NCBI GenBank assembly: GCA_965113315.1
Contig: OZ220364.1
Source: Podarcis vaucheri
Taxonomy: Eukaryota
Length of the DNA stretch: 64,000 bases
Strand: one strand, 5' to 3'
Made by a program: the position numbers and the translations under genes. The notes beneath the pieces were generated by a model that saw only the letters and a list, made by a program, of their open reading frames with translations, was not told where the DNA came from and made no database searches. Position 1 is the first letter of the stretch. The number at the start of each line of letters is the position of its first letter. Shown piece by piece: positions 48,980 through 61,471 of the stretch.

Positions 48980-50687
48980 TATATTTAAAAAAACCACTGG
49001 GTAACTGGAGGCTTCACATGGAAGACAGTGAGTTGAATGCATGATCGCTAACATTAAGACATTAATATCCTGAGTATTAAAATCTAGGAGAGAGACTCTT
49101 CTCATGTCCAGCTGAACCTCATTCTGGAACATGCCAGGAGACCTTTTCCATGGCCACGCCCAAGATTCAGAACTCATTGCCTGGGGAGAGTTGCTTTGCC
49201 CCCTCTCTGTTAGCCTTCCAATATCCCACTAAAACATTTTTATTCCAGGAAGCTTTTAATCTACTTCAGACGTGAGTTTAGTTGCTATTTTTTTATCTAT
49301 TTACATTGTTCAAGAGGCTGCTGCTTTATATTTGTGTGTGTTACAGCTGTTGCTGTTTTATGGCTCCTTCTCTTATTTTTATTGTTATGTTGTTTGCCTT
49401 TCAGCTGTTAATATTGTTACTGTAATCCGCCTTGAACATCCATTACCACTGGAAAGGTGGTGTGTAAAATATTGAATTAATTAATTTAAAATGGATGAAC
49501 AAACATAGATAAATGCAGAAGGTAATCGCGACAAGTTTTGGCAACAATGAAAATCCAATTCCTTCAATAAAACTTATTTTTAATATAAATATATTTCTGG
49601 GCTTATATAGCAAAACACAGCTACAGCAGTTATATTTGAAATGTGTGGTAATGGACCTTGCCAGTTGTGCCCCTGTGAGCAGCCCAGGCTGTTATAAGGC
49701 ACAATACTGACTTGAGCAAAGAAGGGGCACAAATGGGGGGGAAACTGGAAGCAATTTATAAATACAAGCCCCAGTAAATAAAGCTCACAAAGCTGGTACG
49801 TTACAACCTACTAGGCAAAAATTTGGGATAGCACTGGCTGGTCTGCATCGCTGCTGCTGTAGCTGTATCAGTGCATCCTGCACAATGAGTCCCCAATCCA
49901 ATAGTCATCTACAACTTTAGAACAAATAAGGTACACTCTACTTTATACTTTATCTTGTCAGAATTCTCCTCTCTGAGAAGATATATATATATATCCATTC
50001 AAAAATCCATTTATTAAATTTCTATCCCGCTCTTCCTTTCGAAGGAGCCCAGGTAGTCAAACAACAATAAAACACCTTGAAAACACATTGAAAACTAAGA
50101 TTCTATTCCACCTACCCTTTGCCATAACTTACCTATGAGACTCATTTTGTACACACACCCCAACACCCACACAATAGATCCACTATATATTTTGAAGCTG
50201 CCATTTCTTTTTACCTGTAGGTTTTCATTTTCTGTTATTTCTGGCTGAAGGATCTCTAGTACCTGAGCTAAGATCATTCTCTTTTTGACACACCAGAGAG
50301 CTGCTGCTGTAATGAAATGAGTAGCCCATTTCCTATCTCTAGTGCAGGTGATAAAACGTCTCAACATGAATTCAAATTTTCATTCATAAGGTTTCAAATA
50401 GGTGATATGCAGCCTACTTTTGAGAGGATATGGTTTGGCTCATGCTATAAGTCCTTTGGGACTATTTACTTCAGGTACTGTATTTATATACTGTACTGCT
50501 TAAGATTCAGAATTTCTAAGTAGTGTACATAAAATGTTTTATACACACATCCACATCTTACTCCCAGGTAAGTGGGGGTAAGATTGCAGCCCAAGTCATA
50601 TTCAAGAGTAGACCTACCAAATCAATGGACCTTCAACAATGGCTTCAGTCACATCTCACCCTGTATTTTAAATCAGCTTAGACAGTA

Positions 50688-50929
50688 CAGTGGTACCTCA
50701 GGTTAAGTACTTAATTCGTTCCGGAGGCCTGTTCTTAACCTGAAACTGTTCTTAACCTGAAGCACCACTTTAGCTAATGGGGCCTCTTGCTGCTGCTGCG
50801 CCGCTGGAGCATGATTTCTGTTCTCATGCTGAAGAAAAGTTCTTAACCCGATGTACTATTTCTGGGTTAGCGGAGTCTGTAACCTGAAGCGTATGTAACC
50901 TGAAGCATATGTAACCTGAGGTACCACTG
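50688..50929. mobile_element. Tc1/mariner (Tigger-like) MITE, 242 bp
   Basis: TIR CAGTGGTACCTCAGGTTA / TAACCTGAGGTACCACTG, TA duplication, same length as the 28852 copy. Confidence 0.88.
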
Positions 50930-51253
50930 TACTGAACTTGCGAACACCAAAATGTCACAGAGAAAGTGTTGCTGGGAGCACGCGTTAATGTCTGACAAGT
51001 GAGATGACAGTTATGAACTATCACATCATATACCATAATCAAGACACCTAAAATTATTTATGATTTTATATTAGATAGGTTTCAAAGAAATAATCAAGTC
51101 ATACCATACTTCAACTGAATAGTTAAATACAGACTGAAATATCCATTTTAGGTTTACTATATCAAACATACATTTTGTCTTCACATCAATCTTCTTGTGC
51201 TTGAAAAGGAATTTATTTTATCCTTCCCTCAACTCAAAGCAGCTCCTGCTTAT

Positions 51254-51649
51254 GTACGTTTCCGAGCACAATTCAAAGTGTTGGTGCTAACCTTTAAAGC
51301 CCTAAACGGCCTTGGTCCAGTATATCTGAAGAAGCATCTCTACCCCCATCGTTCTACCCGGACACTGAGGTCCAGCGCTGAGGGCCTTCTGGCGGTTCCC
51401 TCACTGTGAGAAGCCAAGTTACTGGGAACCAGGCAGAGGGCCTTCTTGGTAGTGGCACCCAACCTGTGGAACACCCTCCCACCAGATGTCAAAGAGAACA
51501 ACAACTACCAGACTTTAAGAAGACATGTGAAGGCAGCTCTGTTTAGGGAAGCTTTTAATGTTTGATGCATTACTGTATTTTAATATTTTGTTGGAAGCCG
51601 CCCAGAGTGGCTGGGGAAACCCAGCCAGATGGGCAGGGTATAACTAATA

Positions 51650-51684
<35 letters not shown>
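51254..51684 (+). mobile_element. L2 LINE 3' end with (ATT)n tail
   Basis: Encodes VRFRAQFKVLVLTFKALNGLGPVYLK, the typical L2 ORF2 C-terminal motif, then a 3' UTR and microsatellite tail. Confidence 0.8.
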
Positions 51685-51685
<1 letters not shown>

Positions 51686-52709
51686 GCAAAACAAGAAAAG
51701 GTGTTACAGTAATTAGCCACATACTTGATGTGTCCACAGCTGTAAAGGTCAGTGAAAGTGCAGATCTTTTTAGGGCAGTAATTAAATTCACTAATTTTGA
51801 CATTAGTGAATGCTTCAAAATTAGCATACTTAATGCTGCTGATTTACCAGAAATATATTCATCTAACCCAGAGCCGACCTGACCATGAGGCGGGGTGAAG
51901 CGCTCACCTAAGGTGGCAGAAGTGCAAGAGATGGTGCTCCACCCCACCCCCACCCCCTGCCAGTGAGAGGGTTTTCTGCCATGCAATTCCTGCGTGCCAC
52001 AATGCCAATCGGCTCCCCTGTCCAGAGGAAAAGCTGAGTGGTAATGACTGGGGGAAAGCCCCAAGTCGGGTTTGGCAAGAGCCGGGGCACAGTGGAAGTG
52101 GTAGGGGTGGGGTGCACTGGCAGCAAGAGGAGGAGGAGGCAGGAGGCAGCAATTCCACAGGCCACCCCTAATCTCACTCACTCTTCCTTCAGTGCTATTC
52201 AGCACCCTTTAGTTCCCCCAGGACCCTGCCTCCTATTGCCATTTAACTTCTTATTATGGCACCAAGTGTGATTTTGTTTATGGGAGCCTATGACATCATC
52301 ATCATCAGACCTAGCTTTGCTCCACTACTGGCAGAACAGGACGTGTCACCACAGCCAGTCAAATTAAGTAGGAAATTAAATTGGCAAGTTAAATTTTAAA
52401 AAGAGCTGAAAATAAGCAGAAAGATGAGCAAAAGGCCATCAAAAAAAATATGCTTGGGGGAAATGTCAAAACATCACTTTTCAGTACACTCAAATGCTGG
52501 TATTTACCATGCCAGGTTAAAGTAGTTTGAACTTAAGCTCAAATGAGAAGTTGCCCCCCCTCCCAATATATCAGAATACTAATATTTCAATATTTGGAAG
52601 TTGAATAAGTTTCACTAATGTTTTGCTCTTTAAAAGGGTGGGCGGAACCACCGTGACCTCTTTCTCTCCTGTATTTAAACACAATTGGAAAGGCACTGGC
52701 TTCTGCCAT

Positions 52710-52990
52710 GTTGTTGTTGTTGTTTAGTCGTTTAGTCGTGTCCGACTCTTCGTGATCCCATGGACAAGAGCACGCCAGGCACTCCTGTCTTCCACTGCCT
52801 CCCGCAGTTTGGTCAAACTCATGCTGGTAGCTTCGAGAACGCCATCCAACCATCTCGTCCTCTGTCGTCCCCTTCTCCTTGTGCCCTCCATCTTTCCCAG
52901 CATCAGGGTCTTTTCCAGGGAGTCTTCTCTTCTCATGAGGTGGCCAAAGTATTGGAGCCTCAGCTTCACGATCTGTCCTTCCAGTGAGCA
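52710..52990 (-). mobile_element. RTE-BovB LINE 3' end with (CAA)n tail
   Basis: ORF 52724..52969 LRLQYFGHLMRREDSLEKTLMLGKMEGTRRRGRQRTRWLDG is the BovB ORF C-terminus. Confidence 0.92.
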
Positions 52991-53021
<31 letters not shown>

Positions 53022-53022
<1 letters not shown>

Positions 53023-53212
53023 CCCTTCTTGGATCACTGCCTTGCCGTGGCGAAGGGGCTTGAATAACTCAGAGAAGCTATGAACTATGCCGAGCAGGGC
53101 ACCCAAGATGAACAGGTCATAGTGGAGAGTTTTGACCAAACGTGATCCACCTGGAGGAGGAACCGGCCACTCCAGTATCCCTGCCAAGAAAACTCCATGG
53201 ACAAAGACAACA
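53022..53212 (+). mobile_element. RTE-BovB 5' region, inverted relative to the adjacent 3' end
   Basis: ggatcactgccttg...cacccaagat...gtcatagtggagagttttgac...ccactccagtatccctgccaagaaaactccatgga matches the recalled BovB 5' region. Both parts lie within one 12-bp TSD ggcttctgccat. Confidence 0.75.
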
Positions 53213-53228
53213 GGCTTCTGCCATAGCA

Positions 53229-53270
<42 letters not shown>

Positions 53271-53804
53271 GTAATCCCACTAAGTTTATCAAAATCCCAA
53301 AGTTATTATCAACTTCATGTTGCAATCATTGCTTGCTTATGGTGGCAGTCCAAGAGATTTGAGGTGTACCCAATTTGTACATCTCAAATCTCCTGCTGTT
53401 GTTTGTTGCCTTGTAAGAATCCTCAACAACCCTAGTGGAATTAACTGGTAGAACAGGGATCAGGTATAACAGAAGTCTCAAGGACTCCCCCTCCCACTGC
53501 ATCTCCTTCAGTAAATAAAATTGTGTGATGTTCTCTGCTTGTCTGGTGTCAGGGCTTTGAGCATACCAGACCACAAGTGGCTTGCAATAAAACAGACACT
53601 GCAATCAGTTATGTGTTGTGCTAGAACAGACAGCTTCTGAGCATAATCAAAGTGCATTGCCAAAAGGGAAAAGATAAGCAGTCATGAAGCTGCCTGTCTC
53701 CCAAGACAGACAGATGCCAACAACAAGGGAAGATTTTGGATATACAGAGAGGGTTGTATCAGTCAATATCAGTCATACTCAGAGTTGACCCACTGAAATT
53801 AGTA

Positions 53805-54048
53805 CAGTGGTACATACCTTGGTTTAAGAACAACTTAGTTTATGAACAACTTGGATTAAGAACGCTGCAAACCCAGAAGTAGGTGTTTTGGTTTGTGAAC
53901 TTTGCCTTGGAAGCAGAACATGTTGAGTGTGTTCCATTTGTAAACTGAGTCCCCTGCGGCTATAGGAAAGCACGCCTTGGTTTAAGAACTCTTTGGTTTA
54001 AGGATGGACTTCCAGAACAGATTAAGTTTGTAAACCAAGGTGCCACTG
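53805..54048. mobile_element. Tc1/mariner (Tigger-like) MITE, related subfamily
   Basis: ta|CAGTGGTAC(ATAC)CTTGGTTTA...TAAACCAAGGTGCCACTG|ta. Confidence 0.75.
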
Positions 54049-56096
54049 TACATACAGCTAACCCAGAACCATGAACTTTGATTGGTCTACTCTATGTCAG
54101 CATTAGTTTGGATGCAGCCCAGATTCCGGTATATCCGTAAACTTGCAGCAGGGTGTGGGGAGCACAGAGGGCATTTAAAAAGGTGTGAGCAAAGGAACAA
54201 ATGAGCACTAGCCACAGAGGACGTATCTATGCATGTACAGATGACAATAATTTAGCAACTGCTCATGCTACCTGCATAGCTTGCAGGTGTGGACACTTGC
54301 AAGGCAATGGCTTTTAGAAAACCCCCAACCACAGTGTTTCAAAGGCGGAAGTCTGCACACAGACTTTCACTTGGCATGGTAAATACCAGCTGTTACCACA
54401 TGGGGGTGCACTCGTAAGAACGATTTGTCCTCTGACATTAATGACGAGCTAGAATAATCTCATGATGACTTTTCCAAGTCAAAAGTAAACGCAGGGAGCC
54501 TGCTCTAATCAGAGCTCCCGACAGTTTTGTTTTGTTTTGGGGTTGTTGTTTTTTGCAAAAGTCACCTCTTTTTACAGTGGGTGGTAATAACACAGAATGA
54601 AGATTGCTCAGCAGCACTCAAGCCCAAGTTAACACTGCTGTAAATTGTTTGACAGTTTAATCCAAGTTTAAGAACTACATGTTGTTCTGGCATAGAATTT
54701 TACTAACTGACTCTGGGCCACATACCTTCAGTTTTAATCCAAGCAGGGCAGTACCTACCAAGCATACAAGGCTCAGTCCAAGCATTCCAATTCCAAACAT
54801 TACATTATAGCTATGGTTTTATGACACCTACTGCTAACTCTAATTGGCTTGTAGGTTAGGGCAATATGTCATATAGCACTTCATTAGTTATGAGCCTCTA
54901 GCCATTAAGTATGGGAACCATAATAATTTAATGTGGAAAGCTTTGTAGGTGAAAGTGAGTACTATTTTAATCCTTTTTTTATTATCACATTCCTATCCTC
55001 TACAAAACAAAACAAAAGTCTGCCTCCAGCTATTTCCCCAAATTTCTTATGCTCAAAAAAAAGTCTAATAGCAACATCCTCCACTTTCATTCATGTTTGC
55101 ATACACATTCATTTCAAAACACAGTGGCAAAACTAAGGCTATAGTGTCCATAAATCCGCAAAGGCCAAACGAATCAAGGAATGTAAGAAACTTATATAGT
55201 TATCAGTTTTGGAAATTCTTCCTTTGAGAATTATTCCTGAGTTTTGGCAGGGGGCTCTGGGGAAGGAGGATCCATACTTATGTATTGAGACGGGCAACAC
55301 TGTGAGTGAGTCCCACCAGAACAAGTGGGTCCCACACAAAGAAAGCTGATCATAAAAAGTTTCAGAAGATTCCCTTGTTTGCAAGCACAAAAGGTACCAC
55401 TACTGGAAAGGATACTTTTCCACGCTAAACAGGTACACATAAGATGAAAGAGCAGCCAGATTGTACACAAACATGTAAGCCGCATGTCCAGTTTGTCATA
55501 GCACTAAATGCTGATGCCAAAGCACCTGTAGGGAATATTAAACTGCACTTCTGACATTAACATACTATTCAGAGGCAACACAGTCAAGGGGGGGGGGAGG
55601 CATCTAAGAATTGTACATTCCATCCTTCACCTGTAGCACTGACAGTTCAATCTCTAGCATTTCCAGGTAGAGTTGGGAAAGAATACTGTCTGAAATCCTG
55701 GAAGGCTGCTGCCAATCAGTGTAGAGAAAACTGAGATAGATAGCCTCCTGTTCATTACAGGGGATAGGTCTCTGTGGGCATTAATGACTCTGTGGTCAAA
55801 ACTGTCTTGGAAGCCCTCTTTAGTACTGGACAGAGATTTTTCCTTCTGTCGTTGAAGCAATCCTGCTAGATCTCTACCCAACTGGGAGAAAGGAAGCATT
55901 CAGAAAGGTGCTACATGACACCATGGCATCAACAGAAGCATATAAAGAAAGAAGGTTAAAGGTTGGAAAGAAATAATGAGAGGGAAACCCTAGTAAGATA
56001 AACCCATGGTTTGCAGGGGTTTTTTAAAAGATGATGAGGCACATGAACGCACCAGGGAGGCCACTAGTCCAACATCATCAACTCTGATTGGCAGTA

Positions 56097-56472
56097 AAAA
56101 AAAGGGGGGTAAAGGACCCCTGAGAGTTAAGTCCAGTTGCAGACGACTCTGGGGTTGCGCCGCTCATCTCGCTTTACAGGCCAAGGGAACTGGCATTTGT
56201 CTGCAGACAGTTTTTCCAGGTCATGTGGCCAGCATGACTAAGCTACTTCTGGCGAAACCAGAGCAGCGCACAGAAACACCGTTTTCCTTCACACAGGAGC
56301 AGTACCTATTTATCTACTAGCACTTTTTTGGCATGCTTTCGAACTGCTAGGTTGGTAGGAGATGGGACTGAGCAACAGGAGCTCACCCCGTCGCAGGGAT
56401 TCAAACTGCCGACCTTCTGATCAACAAGCCCAAGAGGCTCAGTGGTTTAGACCACAGCGCCACCCGCATCCC
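56097..56472 (-). mobile_element. Sauria SINE, full length
   Basis: 12-bp TSD tgattggcagta (56085-56096, 56475-56486). Body collinear with 40191 and 61116. Confidence 0.9.
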
Positions 56473-57594
56473 TTTGATTGGCAGTAGCTTTCCCAAATTC
56501 TCAGGCGGAGAGGTCTTACCCACTATCTGCTCCCTGATCTTTTAACTGGAGATCCTAGGCTGTTCTTCAGCGAAGCAGGTGTTTCACCACTGACCTATGG
56601 CCCCTGGTTTAGCATTATTCAGAAGTTAGCTTTTCAATAAAAATTGAGAGAGAGAGTTGCCAAAGTCAGTTGTGATCAGAATTTGGAAGGGTTCATCAGA
56701 AGGTTAAGGCAAAAAATTATCTTCAGCATCTCCAAAAACGGTACAGTAGGCCACAGAAGTCCTTCTATGATCAGGACTGTGGGATACAGCAGATTTTCAA
56801 AAAAATGCATGTCATAACATTAAATAGACAAGGAAGCCTCTGTGCCACTATATGAAATTACGAAGGACAGCATAATTTACTGGGTGCTGGGGGAAGGGAG
56901 AGACAGCTCTCTGGATAAAGCCAAGAGGAAACAGCTTTTAAAAAGGAAGGCATGTTCTATAATCAGTCTAAATGCTGATGGACTCAGTAAGGAGACCAAT
57001 TTTTTAATGCTGCTTTAAATAAAAAGAGAAAGAAGACTGCAGTTTTAAATGGAAAACTACTGAATGTCTAACTTGGGGACTGCACACTAGACCTAAGGAA
57101 AATAAACAGTGAACGTTTTCTTTATAGTATAATGATATGAATTTACTTAAACAATTGGAGGAGAAAGAGGATAATGTTTCAGCTAAAACTTTCTTCAGAT
57201 AAATCATCTGTGAATGAATTTATCACACCATCTGTTGAAAATAAATCACGTACTCCTAAAGGCCACATAGGAAACTATAGTCATAACCTGGGAGTTTTCC
57301 CTCCAAATAACATTTTTTCTGATCTTTTATCCTTACTATACCATTTAAAGCACTAGATTTGCAGGGAACATCTGTTTGAACATGTGAGTAAAAAAAAAAA
57401 AGTGACTTGTGTGTGCTATTATGAAAATCTTTCCTGAAAAGTAAGCAAGTTTTTAGCCTCCCATCTTAAACATATACACCTATAATTTGTTTGAGTAATG
57501 CGTTTCCCAACAATTTCTTGATCACAGAAAACACACACAAGAATATGCTGGATTTCACTTTGAGACAAATTATAACATGGAAGTGGGACTCTAT

Positions 57595-58070
57595 TTGTTC
57601 CTCTGAAGATGGTTTGGAAACTTCAGCTGGCACAGAATTCGGTGGTCAGGTTGCTCACTTGGGCAGGAGAGTTTGAGCATATTAAACTGACCCTGGTCCT
57701 ACTGCACTGGCTGCCAATTACGGTAGTTTCTTGGCCCAATGCAAAGTGCTTAAACGGCTCAGGAGCAAAATACCTCAAGGCCCGTCTCCCCCCATGTGAA
57801 CCAACCCAGACTCTGCATTCATAATCTGAGGCCCTTCTTCATGTGCCTCCTCCACAAGAGGAGGGTGGCAACAAGAGAATGGGCCTTTTCTGCTCTCCAT
57901 TTGTGGAATGCTCTCCCCATGGAGGTTCGTCTGGTGCCTTCATTACATATCTTTAGGCACCAGGTGAAAACTTTTCCCTTCAACCAGAATAATTAACATT
58001 CTGTGGCTCTTTACATGTGTTTGCGGTAGGGAGGTTATTGGTTTGTTTTTGTTTTATTATGCATTTTGTA
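57595..58070 (+). mobile_element. L2-type LINE 3' fragment
   Basis: ORF 57609 VWKLQLAQNSVVRLLT...HIKLTLVLLHWLPI is the L2 'LQLVQNAAARLLT...LHWLPI' motif. Confidence 0.75.
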
Positions 58071-58673
58071 TTATAGAAATTCAACTGTTAAACTAAATTG
58101 TTAAACTAATAGCAAATTCAATTGTTAAATTATAATGATTATGTTGTAGTCAAAATGGAGCTATTAAGAAACAACACGATACACCACATGCTCAAGGGCA
58201 CCACAATGGTTGCAGAAGTAGAAAAATATTTTTGGGTGGGGGATGGAAGGGGGCAAATTTTCATCTTTCTCCTAAATTGCTTTGCTAATAAAAGCAGAAG
58301 AGGTACTGTCACCAAACTGAAGCAACAGACTGTTTTGGGAAAACTTTCATTTGGGAGAAAGATGAACTCAAAAGAACTGCAATGACTTATAAGACCATCT
58401 AAGATCGTAGGTTTGATGGCAACTTCCCTCAAAACATGCAAGTGTAAGAAGTATGGATGAACTACAAAGAAAAAGTAAGAGGGGAAATCAGTCTATAAAA
58501 ATGTAGATTCTCTCCATTCTCACTTCCAAAATTTTGGTTTTTTTATTGTGGTCACTGCATTTTGACTATAACACTTTCGCCTTCCCGTGCTTCTACTTAC
58601 TTTCCCCCTGATCTTGTCATCGCCATCAAAAAAATTTCTTTGATTGCCTAATGGGCCTTGTCATGCCACTTAC

Positions 58674-58841
58674 CTTTTTTTGAAGAACATTGATTTTTCT
58701 TTCTTTGACTTCTAACATGTCTTTCATATCTCGAATTTCTCCAGCCAGAGTTCCCTTTTCTTCTGTGAGGTCTTGCAGTTGTTTGGTTTTTTTATTAAGA
58801 AAACTTTCTTTTTCTTCTAAACGTAATCTCAAGGCATCAAC
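58674..58841 (-). CDS. ERC2: ERC2/CAST1/ELKS2 coding exon, 168 nt, phase 0-0: VDALRLRLEEKESFLNKKTKQLQDLTEEKGTLAGEIRDMKDMLEVKERKINVLQKK
   Basis: Minus strand ttattatag|GTTGATGCC...AAAAAG|gtaagt. 56 codons, open. Peptide recognised as the ELKS-family coiled coil with ERC2-type residues. Overlaps ORF 58626..58832. Confidence 0.96.
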
Positions 58842-61115
58842 CTATAATAAAATATGAACATGTGGGGGTGTTAATAGATTTTTAAAATGGCATTATTTTT
58901 TGATTTAGTTGTGTTTGTTTGTTTGTTTGTTTGTTTGTTTAAAATATTTATAAGACACATTTTAGGCTGTGGTTTCCATACAGTGTTACAGGTTGCTGAG
59001 CACTTACCATCCTAATCCTGTAGTTCTCTGCGTTGTTTTTTTATTTGAAAAAAATATGCAAATCATGTCTGGGAGGGCATAGGGATGAGGGACAAATGCA
59101 ACTGAGTGCTCCTTTAAAGGTAAACCTGCCTAATGCACACTTGTCTGAACAATACATGAACTGAAAATAGGCATCCTTCAAAATTCACACTTATCTGAAT
59201 TCTGCAGTGCAGTTCTCCACTTACTTTCCCAAGGTCCCCCAGTGAGCTTTTAGGCTAAGTGGGGATTTGAACCCTAGTCCAACACTCTAACTCAGCTGCA
59301 ATATGTGAGGTGGGTCTAACTATACCACTGCCCTCTCAGTTGCAATGATTGTGGAGGGGCAACAGTGAGAGAATCACCAGGTCTCATCCTGCCCCCTCCC
59401 AGTCCTGTTAAGTGTCAACATTTCTGCAGCTAGGAGGGCAGCACCATTGCAGCACCCCAATTTCACATGCCACAGCTGTCCTAACTACATATTAATACTA
59501 CCTTGATCTTTTAAAACACAGAAAAGCACAATCAGGTGAGAATATTCACATTAATTATTGCTTATTGGTTTGAAAGCAGCATATTTCAAGGGGTGGGGGA
59601 GCTGTGTGAAGCCTTATTTATTCCATGTTCCGTTGCGAGTTTTGTGATGCTAAACTTGCTCTGAACAAAAAGCTCTCCAAATCTATTTCTGAAAGTCAAT
59701 TTGGGACTAATTTGGATGATCTGTTAGATCTCATGATGCATGTTTCTTCCTGTTCTTGAAATGGCTGAGTTCATTTCCTCATACACTGGGGGAAAGATGT
59801 ACACTGAGTTCAATGACATTTAGATATTTTCTTTTTATTACATGATTCTGGATAAGAATATCATCAGCATCATCTGTGAATAAAAATTAATGCTTCATTA
59901 TTAAGAGAACAGACAAGCGTTCATATGAAACAATGATATTAGAAAATTAATATGTGCCACCTATGACTATAAGGCCACTTATTTTAATAGTTCTTGTACA
60001 AAAGAACAAAAACCCAACTTTCAAAGGCTTATAAAAATTTACAGTTTCAGTTGCCCATCAGGTGACTGTGTGGTGGGGGAAAGCCTCATATATTTCTCTT
60101 TTCCCTCTTCTTTGTAGTGTAACTCTTCACAGAGATTTCCAAGCATGGTTACCAGATCTCAACCAGGAAATATTTTATTTATTTTTATTTAAATGATTTT
60201 ACTGTACTATTCATATAATTTCAAAATAAAGCAGTAAAAACAGCATTCAAATAAAAAAAATCAAGTCAATCAATCAATCAATCAATCAATCAACAAAACA
60301 GCAGGAGAATCACCACAGTCCACAGAACTAGGGAGAAATGGCATCCAAAATAAAAATATGAAAGAAAAGAACACACAGATTTCAGTTGTCACCAAAAAGA
60401 CAACAAGGCAGAGCGTGAGATGACCACAGAGAAGGCATGGCTCCCAGTAGAGCCTAATCTGGTCATTACATAAGATGGAGCCTGGAGCAGAACTGCTGGA
60501 AAAGATCTTCAGTCCTGCAGGGAGGGTCTGCATGGGGGTAAACATACTACCTAAGATAATCAAGATCCCAAGCTATTTAGGACTATAAAGGTCAAAACAA
60601 GCACTCTGAATTGGACCTGGAAGCAAACTGGCTGGTATCTGTCACTTTCAAAGCTCCGCAATGAGCAGGCTTTGAGTTTTGCTCCACAGGAGATACAAGA
60701 GCAGAGTGGGTGACAAGTCCAACAAGGCAGGAGGTGGCAGGAATGGCAAACACCCCTTCTCTGGAGCCGATCAAAGCTTCTAGAAACAGGCACCTGTCTG
60801 CAGACTCAGCCTGGAAATGCCATACAGCAAGCTAAAAAATGTGTGCTGGAAGCCAGCAAATGTTCAGGCAGAAGTGATCTTATTCATGCCAGCTAGATGT
60901 TCTGGTATTCAGAGGATAACCACGACAGTAAAATAAGGCCTAATTTTTTATTATTTTTGAATACTATCACTTGGAGCTTTAAACTGTCTGTATTCTAAAC
61001 ACACCAGATTTAACCATTAAAGCTACCATATTTTGATGAAACCCATCTTATAACTATTATTTAAAAAACCTCAAATTTGTTAAGTTTTTATATTACTGAG
61101 CGTTTTTTCACTAAT

Positions 61116-61471
61116 AAGGTAAAGGTAAAGGGACCCCTGACCATTAGGTCCAGCCGTGACCGACTCTGGGGTTGTGGCGCTCATCTCTCTTTATTGGCCG
61201 AGGGAGCCAGCGTACAGCTTCCGGGTCATGTGGCCAGCATAACAAAGCTGCTTCTGGCAAACCAGAGCAGTGAACGGAAACGCCGTTTACCTTCCCGCCG
61301 GAGTGGTACCTATTTATCTACTTGCACTTTGACGTGCTTTCGAACTGCTAGGTTGGCAGGAGCTGGGACCAAGCAATGGGAGCTCACCCCGTCGCGGGGA
61401 TTCAAACTGCCGACCTTCTGATCAGCAAGTCCTAGGCTCTGTGGTTTAACCCACAGCGCCACCCGCGTCCC
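61116..61471 (-). mobile_element. Sauria SINE, full length
   Basis: (ACCTTT)n tail and GGGACGCGGGTGGCGCTGTGGGTTAAACC head on the minus strand. TSD unclear. Confidence 0.9.

Noticed and set aside
51570-52205. Longest ORF (211 aa)
   Set aside because: Runs through an (AAT)n L2 tail and low-complexity repeat sequence, with no domain or splice support.
28852-54048. CRISPR-like or prokaryotic repeat system
   Set aside because: The repeats are dispersed TIR elements with TSDs in a spliced vertebrate gene. There is no regular repeat-spacer array or operon structure.
8073-58841. Assignment to the paralogue ERC1
   Set aside because: KESFLNKKTKQLQDLTEEKGTLAGEIRDMKDMLEVKERKINV and RMNPEFAD...YYRDECGK match ERC2 as recalled. 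Only a few residues are ERC1-like.
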